Origin: Candidatus Nomurabacteria bacterium
GTDB taxonomy: Bacteria; Patescibacteriota; Minisyncoccia; Phycocordibacterales; UBA9973
Assembly: GCA_003155695.1 (NCBI GenBank)
Contig: PMDZ01000004.1
Location: forward strand, 51,257-109,079
Reading direction: 5' to 3'
DNA: 57,823 bases
Positions 37,079 through 44,168 of this stretch are shown piece after piece. Positions within the stretch are counted from its first letter, which is position 1; every line of letters begins with the position of its first letter. The position numbers were made by a program, and so were the translations under genes. The notes beneath the pieces were generated by a model. It did no database searches. It was given only the letters and a program-made list of their open reading frames with translations, and had not been told where the DNA came from.

Positions 37079-37405
37079 TTACCCTCCAACTTCGGTTAAG
37101 TTTCGAGTTGCAACTTTACATTCTTTACCAAGAATTCCACAAAATTCTTCGGCACCAATCTCTATTAAGTCGAAGCAGAAGAGTTGGCCATCTTTATTGT
37201 GCGGTATCTCAACAACAAAGAGTTGCTCAAAAATACTCGCCGTAATGAAATTAAAGAAAAGTATTTCCGTTTCTCTTTTTGTTTCTGTAAAAGGAAAAAC
37301 AAAAACGTTATATCCTTTTCTTTTGTATTTTTCAAGCATCGCTATGAGTGCTGTCGTATTTAGTGATTTATCAACCACTAAAACATTAAATATTTTTCCT
37401 TCCAT
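37079..37405 (-). CDS. hypothetical 108-aa protein (cassette 7)
   Basis: ORF. Its upstream region is homologous to that of 42673-42972. Confidence 0.4.
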   Translation of the reverse strand: MEGKIFNVLVVDKSLNTTALIAMLEKYKRKGYNVFVFPFTETKRETEILFFNFITASIFEQLFVVEIPHNKDGQLFCFDLIEIGAEEFCGILGKECKVATRNLTEVGG

Positions 37406-37524
37406 CTTTATAAAGATTAAGTAAAAGCTTTTCCTTTACTCTACTCCTTTTCACAAAAATTATCAATTTGATTTGAATTAATGAAAACAAAAAACCACCA
37501 TATTAAAATTGAGTAAATAATTTA

Positions 37525-37547
37525 CTCCCCGTCTGGAAGAAGGTTAA
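37525..37547 (-). repeat. tRNA-Asn-3'-end-like repeat, G1 type
   Basis: CTCCCCGTCTGGAAGAAGGTTAA. Abuts the stop of the 37549-38538 ORF. Confidence 0.6.
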
Positions 37548-37548
37548 A

Positions 37549-38538
37549 CTATTTAAACAAGATTTTTCCTTTAAATGGATTGGGCAACCCAGAATTTATA
37601 CCTGCTTCCGCATCGCTCAACCCCGCATAGAGTGTCACAGTACCATCATCGCCAAATACCAAACTACTAGGAAAGATGATATCTGCTAATTCTGTATTTT
37701 TCTCTTCCCCCGCAGGAAAATTCTCTCTTGTCGCTATAATTTCAATCGGTGATGAAAGATGCGTTTCGGGATCATACACAAATGCCATAGCGTAGTAATG
37801 TTTGATGTCTTGTTCGTCGATATACGCAATATGTCCAACAACTCCAATTTTTCCATCTTCCAATAGATACAATTCGTTTACACCACCCCATTCTCCGGAA
37901 GCAAATTGATTTTCAATAATTTTCGCATTGAGAAGATTCTTCTCGTTCAAATCTTCGGGACTCTCTATTTCAATATAACCTATTTTACCATTTCCATTTT
38001 CTCCACCTTGTGGTCGAGTAAAAACACCAATATGACCATTTGCGAGAGACACAAGTCGGATATCTTTCATTCCGTCCGGACCGACGGCGAATTTTTCAAG
38101 CGATGAAAGATCGTGCCCGCGATAAAAAACCGTTCGGTAACCGACTTCGTCTTTATTGTCCTTTCCAGGACTGGGGTACACCTCAACGCCACCAAAAATT
38201 GTTTCATCTCCAATTTGTTTTAAAAAACCATCTTCCAACTTAAAAGTAGGTGCACCATCAATTGGAGACCACACGCCATTCTTCTCTTCAAAGAACATAA
38301 CCTGCGAATCTGCCAATTTTTCTCGTTTTTCCACGCGCCCAGCAATAACTGTTCTATTGTCAATAAAAAAGGGAGCTGTAATATTATATACATCTTGTCC
38401 ATCAACACCTGAAAACTGTAACTTCTCCCCCATAGGAAGAGCTTCTTTTGATTTAAATCTCTCTAGAAGTTCGGTACAACGTGGCGGATAAGGTCTTTTT
38501 TCTTTCTCTATATCTATATTATTCATTTCCATTCCCAT
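37549..38538 (-). CDS. beta-propeller-like protein resembling DUF1861 (cassette 6)
   Basis: LQFSGVDGQDVYNITAPF...IAGRVEKRE...VMFFEE..GVW resembles DUF1861 (glycosidase-like fold). From memory only. Confidence 0.4.
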   Translation of the reverse strand: MGMEMNNIDIEKEKRPYPPRCTELLERFKSKEALPMGEKLQFSGVDGQDVYNITAPFFIDNRTVIAGRVEKREKLADSQVMFFEEKNGVWSPIDGAPTFKLEDGFLKQIGDETIFGGVEVYPSPGKDNKDEVGYRTVFYRGHDLSSLEKFAVGPDGMKDIRLVSLANGHIGVFTRPQGGENGNGKIGYIEIESPEDLNEKNLLNAKIIENQFASGEWGGVNELYLLEDGKIGVVGHIAYIDEQDIKHYYAMAFVYDPETHLSSPIEIIATRENFPAGEEKNTELADIIFPSSLVFGDDGTVTLYAGLSDAEAGINSGLPNPFKGKILFK

Positions 38539-38576
38539 AAGATAATTTTACCACTCTAGGGGATTAATACATAATC

Positions 38577-38608
38577 TTGCTCCGAACTTGGGATGATGTT
38601 TGAATGAG
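38577..38608 (-). repeat. tRNA-Asn-3'-end-like repeat, G2 type
   Basis: TTGCTCCGAACTTGGGATGATGTTTGAATGAG. 5 nt from the stop of the 38614-39627 ORF. Confidence 0.65.
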
Positions 38609-38613
38609 TATAA

Positions 38614-39627
38614 TTAAGGACAGACAAATTCACAATTAGGACCAGAACGTCCAACATAAGAACCATCAGGACATTGTTTCGCCTCCATGGTACAAGCGAC
38701 TGGTTCTTTTAATCCTGTACATCTCCAATTTATTTCAGCTGTCTTAGTTTTTTCATCTACCACACAAGCTGGATTGCATCCTTCTTTTGTTGCATTTAAA
38801 TTAGCGTCATACCACCAAGTTTTAGAGTTTTCATTATAAATACCACTAGCCAAAACTTCACCACCTTTAATACAAGACTTTTCAGCAATTACTCGAGCTT
38901 CAACTTCTGATAGAAGACTGTCTATCAAATTAATTTTGACTTCATTATTATTTCTCACATAACTAAAACTTTTACTCCCTTGTATGTGACCGTCTTCATA
39001 GGTCATCGTTCCAGTTTTCATAGAAGGATTTACATTTATTGAAGTCGCATACCACGAACCACCTAAAACGGGTTTTTCTGGCACAATAGTTTTAATATTT
39101 TCACGAATATATTTTTCAACAATAATTTTGTCGTCCAATGATTCACAGTCTGTTTGTGACATTTGAAATCCTGGAGTTAATTTTGTGGTATCTTTATACA
39201 TATAAACTCCATCCCCTCTATCTACCATTTCACCAAAAAACACAACTGCACTTCCTTCACCAAATTCAATTTTTAACTGTTCTGTCGCATGCATTCCTTC
39301 TCCAAATGTATCCCACAAAACATCTGCAACACGTCCGCTAATCTTGGGATCCATAGGACCAACAGTTCCTGTAAAAGTCCCCACCAGGCTATCTGTTTTT
39401 GCTGGGAGGTTTTGATATTCACCAGTTACTTTATTACCCAAGATGCTCATTTTAAGCCAAGCACGATCGGGAAAACCATTTGAAGTATCTTTTGAATATT
39501 GATAACACATGACAATAGGTTCTTTAGGTATTATAACAGCCTCTTTCTCTTTGTTTTTTATAATAAAAAAAACAACTCCAACCACTACTACAACAAACAA
39601 AACAATATAAATTAGTATTTTTTTCAT
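38614..39627 (-). CDS. membrane-anchored Cys-rich surface protein (modules X-B-A) (cassette 5)
   Basis: N-terminal TM. Shares module B (LLSEVEARVIAEKSCIKGG...NPACVVDEKTKTAEINWRCTGL) and module A (CTMEAKQCPDGSYVGRSGPNCEF) with 39756-40478. Confidence 0.55.
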   Translation of the reverse strand: MKKILIYIVLFVVVVVGVVFFIIKNKEKEAVIIPKEPIVMCYQYSKDTSNGFPDRAWLKMSILGNKVTGEYQNLPAKTDSLVGTFTGTVGPMDPKISGRVADVLWDTFGEGMHATEQLKIEFGEGSAVVFFGEMVDRGDGVYMYKDTTKLTPGFQMSQTDCESLDDKIIVEKYIRENIKTIVPEKPVLGGSWYATSINVNPSMKTGTMTYEDGHIQGSKSFSYVRNNNEVKINLIDSLLSEVEARVIAEKSCIKGGEVLASGIYNENSKTWWYDANLNATKEGCNPACVVDEKTKTAEINWRCTGLKEPVACTMEAKQCPDGSYVGRSGPNCEFVCP

Positions 39628-39701
39628 AATCTAAATATACCACAGGTTCGAATTTCTACTAAGGTAGGTAAAATAACCATTATATTATATGGCTTTAAAT
39701 T

Positions 39702-39735
39702 TTGCTCCAAACTTGGGGTGATGTTCGAAAAAGTA
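39702..39735 (-). repeat. tRNA-Asn-3'-end-like repeat, G2 type
   Basis: TTGCTCCAAACTTGGGGTGATGTTCGAAAAAGTA. Confidence 0.6.
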
Positions 39736-39755
39736 CTGGGGAGAGGAGAAAATGT

Positions 39756-40478
39756 TTATCTAATTCCTGAATCACAAGAGAGATTAACTTCAATTACCTT
39801 TGATGGTTCTATGGTTATGTTTTTCGTCTCACATCTCGGCATTACAGAGCCACCTACTGGCTGAAGTGCATATTCACCTGGCGGAAGCATTATTTTATAT
39901 TTACCATCTTTGTCACTTTCTATTGTTGCGAAAGGTGAACTTTTTGGGCTTCCAATAGAGATTACTTGAATGCTAGTAGTATAAGACCTATCTGCACAGT
40001 TTGGATCAGGAGGTAAGCGTTCCACTGGACAAGTCGGCCCAATTGTTACCACTCCTTCAACACCGGAATCAAGAGGAAGGAGACCGGTACACCGCCAGTT
40101 TATTTCGGCGGTTTTTGTCTCTTCGCTCACCACACAAGCCGGATTACATCCTTCACGTGTTGCATTTAAATTTGCATCAAACCACCAGGTTTTTGAATTA
40201 TTATTATAAATGCCACCAGCTAAAGCTTCACCTCCTTTAATACATAATTTTTCTGCAATGACACGAGCTTCAGCTTCAGAGAGTAAACTATTTATTTTCG
40301 GACATAGAGCAAATTCACAATTTGGTCCCGTGCGTCCTACAGAAGAACCATCGGGACAAAGTTTGGCTTCTTCGGTACAAGCTAAGGGGCCGTTATTATT
40401 TATAAAATTAAATTTGTATATTCCAAAGCCCAAAATCAATAAAACCAACACAATTATAATTATTAAAATTTTTTTCAT
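39756..40478 (-). CDS. membrane-anchored Cys-rich surface protein (modules A-B-Ig-like) (cassette 4)
   Basis: N-terminal TM, then module A, module B, and a C-terminal beta-sandwich-like region (DKDGKYKIMLPPGEYAL). Confidence 0.55.
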   Translation of the reverse strand: MKKILIIIIVLVLLILGFGIYKFNFINNNGPLACTEEAKLCPDGSSVGRTGPNCEFALCPKINSLLSEAEARVIAEKLCIKGGEALAGGIYNNNSKTWWFDANLNATREGCNPACVVSEETKTAEINWRCTGLLPLDSGVEGVVTIGPTCPVERLPPDPNCADRSYTTSIQVISIGSPKSSPFATIESDKDGKYKIMLPPGEYALQPVGGSVMPRCETKNITIEPSKVIEVNLSCDSGIR

Positions 40479-40495
40479 ATTTATATTATATCACA

Positions 40496-41164
40496 TCAGT
40501 TATCTCTTCCATCTCCAGTTAGTGGTATTTCCTTTCCTAAATATTTTGGTTCTCTATATAAAACCAAATTGATTACTGCTTTTATATTTGCAAACATTTC
40601 TCGTATATAATTACGAAATTTATAATGACCATTATCTGCATTCAAACCATATGCATTCATGCCTAATACCCTAGCAATAAAAACCGACCTTGGTAGATGA
40701 AATGATTGAGTAACTATTGTTATAGAATCTGCTAGAAAAATATCTCTAGCTCTATACATACTACTATATGTATCAAAACCAGCATGATCTAAAAAGATGT
40801 TTTTATCAGGAATACCTTTTCCTAATAAATATATTCTAACAGGATTTACTTCATTATAAGCCACAGTGCTATTGTCTCCCGTTACTAAAATTTTTTCAAC
40901 TTTTTTTGCATTATATAATTTTATAGCCGAATCAACTCTATCTATCAATATAGGTGAAAGATTTCCATTCGTTAATATTGAAGCTCCCAAAATAACTGCA
41001 ACTTCAGTATGTGGAATTTCTTTAACATCGTTCCAAATATATGCTTTCGTTTTTAATTTTATTATTATGGAAATAAAAATAATAAAAAGTATTATTAAAA
41101 TAACTAAATAAATTACTATTTTGATAATTTTTTTTATTATTTTCAGAATAAAATTAATTTTCAC
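40496..41164 (-). CDS. DUF218 (YdcF/SanA-like) membrane-anchored protein
   Basis: VAVILGASILTNG...DRVDSAIKLYNAKKVEKILVTGDN...VTQSFHLPRS. Start placed at GTG 41164; the longer ORF to 41254 overlaps the upstream gene. Confidence 0.65.
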   Translation of the reverse strand: MKINFILKIIKKIIKIVIYLVILIILFIIFISIIIKLKTKAYIWNDVKEIPHTEVAVILGASILTNGNLSPILIDRVDSAIKLYNAKKVEKILVTGDNSTVAYNEVNPVRIYLLGKGIPDKNIFLDHAGFDTYSSMYRARDIFLADSITIVTQSFHLPRSVFIARVLGMNAYGLNADNGHYKFRNYIREMFANIKAVINLVLYREPKYLGKEIPLTGDGRDN

Positions 41165-41217
41165 ATAAAAAAACAGCAAAGTTGAACGGGGGAAGATATT
41201 ACACCGATGGAAACTTT

Positions 41218-41499
41218 TTATATTAACTCTTCTCCTTTTGCGCTTAAAACACAAATACCTTTTTCAGAACTTTCAAGATATCCTTTCTTTTTTAAATAAA
41301 AGCGTGCCCATGAAACTCTATCGCTCAACTTAGTTTGTGTCCCTTTATGAATCTTATTTCTTTCATCCTCGGTTAAATTAAGCATATCGGCCACCACACG
41401 CTCAACATCCTTAACTGAGGCTCTTCCTCCTAAATCATATATGGCTTTTAACGTTACACTAGTTAGATTTTTATACAAAGGTAATTTCATACTCATCAT
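41218..41499 (-). CDS. stand-alone Mrr_N-like winged-helix protein
   Basis: LKAIYDLGGRASVKDVERVVADMLNLTEDERNKIHKGTQTKLSDRVSWARFYLKKKGYLE. Start trimmed to the Met at 41499. Confidence 0.5.
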   Translation of the reverse strand: MMSMKLPLYKNLTSVTLKAIYDLGGRASVKDVERVVADMLNLTEDERNKIHKGTQTKLSDRVSWARFYLKKKGYLESSEKGICVLSAKGEELI

Positions 41500-41562
41500 T
41501 ATACTATAAATTAAGCCAACTGAAAAACGTTTTAAGTTTTTCAATTTTTGGGTTCTATACTT

Positions 41563-41591
41563 GGCTCCCCTTCTGGGACGAAGTGGGAACC
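41563..41591 (-). repeat. tRNA-Asn-3'-end-like repeat, G1 type
   Basis: GGCTCCCCTTCTGGGACGAAGTGGGAACC, preceded by TCTATACT. Nearly identical to 42224-42252. Confidence 0.65.
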
Positions 41592-41629
41592 ATATTAAAT
41601 AGTTTAAACTGTATGATATAATATAAAAC

Positions 41630-42112
41630 ATGGAAAAGATAAATATTTACATAGATGGAAATAATTTATACAGGTCAGCTAAAGAACTAGGATTTGAAAT
41701 TGATTACAAAAAATTTAGAGGATGGCTTAGGCAGAAATATAATGCTAGTAATATTTATCTATTTATTGGACTAGTTCCTGAAAGAGTAAAATTCTACGAG
41801 TATTTACAGAGTTGCGGCTATATTTTGGTTTTTAAACAAACAGTATCTGTTGGGGAAAAAATAAAAGGAAATTGTGATGCGGAACTAGTGTTAAAAACTG
41901 TATCTGATTTTTACACCAAATCTTTTTCAAAATGTATTTTAATCACAGGTGATGGGGATTTTGGTTGTCTGGTAGAATTTTTAAAAGAAAATAAGGTTAT
42001 AAATATTGTGATATCACCCGATGAAAACAAATGCTCTATTTTACTAAGAAATAAAAATATAGAAATCACTTTTTTGAATGAGCTTTATCATAAGTTTTCA
42101 AATAGAATATAA
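41630..42112 (+). CDS. NYN (LabA/DUF88-like) domain putative RNase (cassette 3)
   Basis: INIYIDGNNLYRSAKELG...ILITGDGDFGCLVEFL is a typical NYN/PIN-like acidic motif arrangement. Confidence 0.7.
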   Translation: MEKINIYIDGNNLYRSAKELGFEIDYKKFRGWLRQKYNASNIYLFIGLVPERVKFYEYLQSCGYILVFKQTVSVGEKIKGNCDAELVLKTVSDFYTKSFSKCILITGDGDFGCLVEFLKENKVINIVISPDENKCSILLRNKNIEITFLNELYHKFSNRI

Positions 42113-42223
42113 AAAGAAAAAGCCCCCAATATAGACGAATCTATATAAGGGTCTTCTTCATAGTGATACAGGTATTATATCATAATTATCCTAAAATATG
42201 CAAGTACTGAGTCTATACTAACT

Positions 42224-42252
42224 GGCTCCCCGTCTGGGACGAAGTGGGAACC
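42224..42252 (-). repeat. tRNA-Asn-3'-end-like repeat, G1 type
   Basis: GGCTCCCCGTCTGGGACGAAGTGGGAACC. Hairpin-capable: GGCTCCC/GGGAACC outer stem and CGTC/GACG inner stem. Confidence 0.65.
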
Positions 42253-42274
42253 TTTTTGATGGAATCTATAAAAG

Positions 42275-42559
42275 ATGTATAATTGGAATATGACAACTAA
42301 AAAACATATTACAACAGAAGAAGCAAAACGGACGGGTAAGCGATTAGGGATTAAATGGGATAAATTTGATGTTGCTCAGTTTAAAATTGGTATGGAAGTA
42401 GAATTGGAACATGGAACTATTAGAAAACTAACAAATATTAGTAATGACAATTTATTAATGACAGGTAAGATTGCACTGGCACATCTAAATGAAATTCCCG
42501 ACTACTTCACTCGTTTATTGAAGATGGAAAAAGAAGCTAAAAAACAGATCCCAAAATAA
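42275..42559 (+). CDS. DUF5661-like small protein (cassette 2)
   Basis: MEVELEHGT...GKIALAHLNEIPDYFTRL resembles the DUF5661 signature, which is often phage-associated. Confidence 0.45.
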   Translation: MYNWNMTTKKHITTEEAKRTGKRLGIKWDKFDVAQFKIGMEVELEHGTIRKLTNISNDNLLMTGKIALAHLNEIPDYFTRLLKMEKEAKKQIPK

Positions 42560-42560
42560 T

Positions 42561-42593
42561 TTGCTCCGTACTTGGAATGGTGTTCGAATGAGT
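42561..42593 (-). repeat. tRNA-Asn-3'-end-like repeat, G2 type
   Basis: TTGCTCCGTACTTGGAATGGTGTTCGAATGAGT. Read on the minus strand: CATTCGAACACCATTCCAAGTACGGAGCAAAT, versus tRNA-Asn GGTTCGATCCCTACCCACGGAGCAAAAT. Confidence 0.65.
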
Positions 42594-42672
42594 ATTGTGG
42601 AGAAATAAAAAAGACCTGCTAGTATTTAGACAGATCTTTTTTTGATTTAACCAACACTGTCCTTTATCTTAC

Positions 42673-42972
42673 TTATATATACCTCAACCTTTTTATTCTT
42701 AGTTTACTATAAGATAAATGGCATTCTTTAATAGGACTATCTCCTACTTTTTTATGTATTGTGAAATCAAAATTTTTGTATGATTTGTTTTTAAAAATTT
42801 TACAAACAAAATCATAGTCACATTTCCATAATTTTCTTTTCACCCCATCAACACATTCGTTTACTTCGATATCATCTTCAGAAAGCATTCCCAACAAGGA
42901 CTGATACGTATAATCGTCGCCTGCAACGATATACCATTGTATCTTTCTAATTGTTTTACTATTTTTTCCCAT
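42673..42972 (-). CDS. hypothetical 99-aa protein (cassette 1)
   Basis: ORF. Its promoter-like region at 42973-43050 is homologous to 37406-37470. Confidence 0.4.
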   Translation of the reverse strand: MGKNSKTIRKIQWYIVAGDDYTYQSLLGMLSEDDIEVNECVDGVKRKLWKCDYDFVCKIFKNKSYKNFDFTIHKKVGDSPIKECHLSYSKLRIKRLRYI

Positions 42973-43098
42973 TTTGTATACGTTTTAAAGAAGTTGAATA
43001 TTTTTCTTTACCTTACTACTTTTAAGAAATATTATCAATTAGACTTAGGTTTTAGAAAAGTTATCAAAAAGCCAATTTTTTTATTGTTTTTAATTTTG

Positions 43099-43170
43099 CT
43101 CCGTGGGTAGGGATCGAACCTACGACCAATCGCTTAACAGGCGACCGCTCTACCGCTGAGCTACCACGGA
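43099..43170 (-). tRNA. tRNA-Asn (anticodon GUU)
   Basis: Reverse complement: TCCGTGG-TA-GCTC-AGCGGTA-GAGC-G-GTCGC-CTGTTAA-GCGAT-TGGTC-GTAGG-TTCGATC-CCTAC-CCACGGA-G. 72 nt, CCA not encoded. Confidence 0.9.
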
Positions 43171-43197
43171 ATGTTTATTAAATTGTGTTGAACTTAT

Positions 43198-43347
43198 TTC
43201 GTGGTAAAGCTTTTATATAGCGGTCGCCTTACAGACGACCCTCTTACAGAGGCTGTCCACTCATTGGATTTTATTCCATAAAATCTCAATGAGTCTTGCG
43301 AACTGGGGTTTACCCAGTTCTCACTCCACCGCAAAGCTACCACGGAA
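43198..43347 (-). ncRNA. tRNA-Asn-derived, highly structured 150-nt element (function unknown; possible tRNA-like RNA or disrupted tRNA paralog)
   Basis: The 5' 19 nt nearly match the tRNA-Asn 5' end. Long closing stem (TTCCGTGGTAGCTTT / AAAGCTTTACCACGAA) plus four hairpins: 8 bp GAACTGGG/CCCAGTTC, 15 bp CTCATTG-GATTTTAT/ATAAAATC-CAATGAG, CCTCT/AGAGG, and GGTCGTC/GGCGACC. Confidence 0.4.
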
Positions 43348-43438
43348 TAAAATTATGATAACAAAAAAGAGAGTAAAAAGCAAAAATTCTTCATTTATAA
43401 ATGAAGGGTTTTTGCTTTAAATTCGCATTGATAATGGA

Positions 43439-44020
43439 TTAGTGAACGGGGACAGCGTGTGTGTCGTGAATAGCATGTGTGTCATGGTCGCCGGGTGACG
43501 GCTTCTTAACAAGAGCTCTAGCGATAATAATAATGGCAAAGATGAGAAGGACAACCAGCATCCATTGCCAAATTGAACTTGGCATAAAACCTCCTGACCC
43601 ACGAAGAGTAAGCGCGGTAATGCCACTGCTAGCAGAGGCCCCTAAATTATTTGCTCCACTTGTCGAGTCGGTTGCTGTATTTTTATTTGTTGATGTATTT
43701 GAAGTACTTGTAGTAGCGCTGGTAGTAGTATCTGTCGCAGGCGGTGGCGTTTGGTAATAATAATTATTTATTATTGTGGTAGATGGTTTTGTTGTTGAAT
43801 TGGTAGTACTTGCTGAATTAGTTGCTGCTGTTGGGTTGATTGGGGTGACTGGAGTGACTGGAGTGACTGGGCTTACATTACTGTTGTTATTACTCGGGGA
43901 ACTGACATAAGAACCACAATTCGCACAGATTGTATTAATAGCAAAAACATTATTTGCAAAAGCAAAAGAAAAAACAATTGCTCCAAGGATTATTAAACTT
44001 TTTGTTATTTTATTTTCCAT
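43439..44020 (-). CDS. secreted Thr/Pro/Asn-rich protein with C-terminal TM anchor and His-rich tail
   Basis: Start set at MENKITKSLIILGAIVFSFAFANNVFA (signal peptide). PVTPVTPVTP repeat. Tail HDTHAIHDTHAVPVH. Confidence 0.5.
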   Translation of the reverse strand: MENKITKSLIILGAIVFSFAFANNVFAINTICANCGSYVSSPSNNNSNVSPVTPVTPVTPINPTAATNSASTTNSTTKPSTTIINNYYYQTPPPATDTTTSATTSTSNTSTNKNTATDSTSGANNLGASASSGITALTLRGSGGFMPSSIWQWMLVVLLIFAIIIIARALVKKPSPGDHDTHAIHDTHAVPVH

Positions 44021-44168
44021 GTGTGCATTATAGCATATAAGCATGCCTTTTGTCAAGTGTTTAAATACCCCATATAACCCTTGATATATAAGGATAAATA
44101 TCAAACAAATGAATCAGCCAACTTGGAAAGACATCATTATGATTTTTATGCTAGAATGAGACAGTCTT

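Noticed and set aside
40001-40572. ORFs 40001-40240 (+) and 40210-40572 (+)
   Set aside because: They are antisense to the Cys-rich protein and DUF218 genes, with no independent support.
35621-43125. Classical integron interpretation of the cassette array
   Set aside because: There is no intI gene or attI in the window. The repeats lack paired RYYYAAC / GTTRRRY core sites and resemble a tRNA 3' half instead. Kept only as an analogy.
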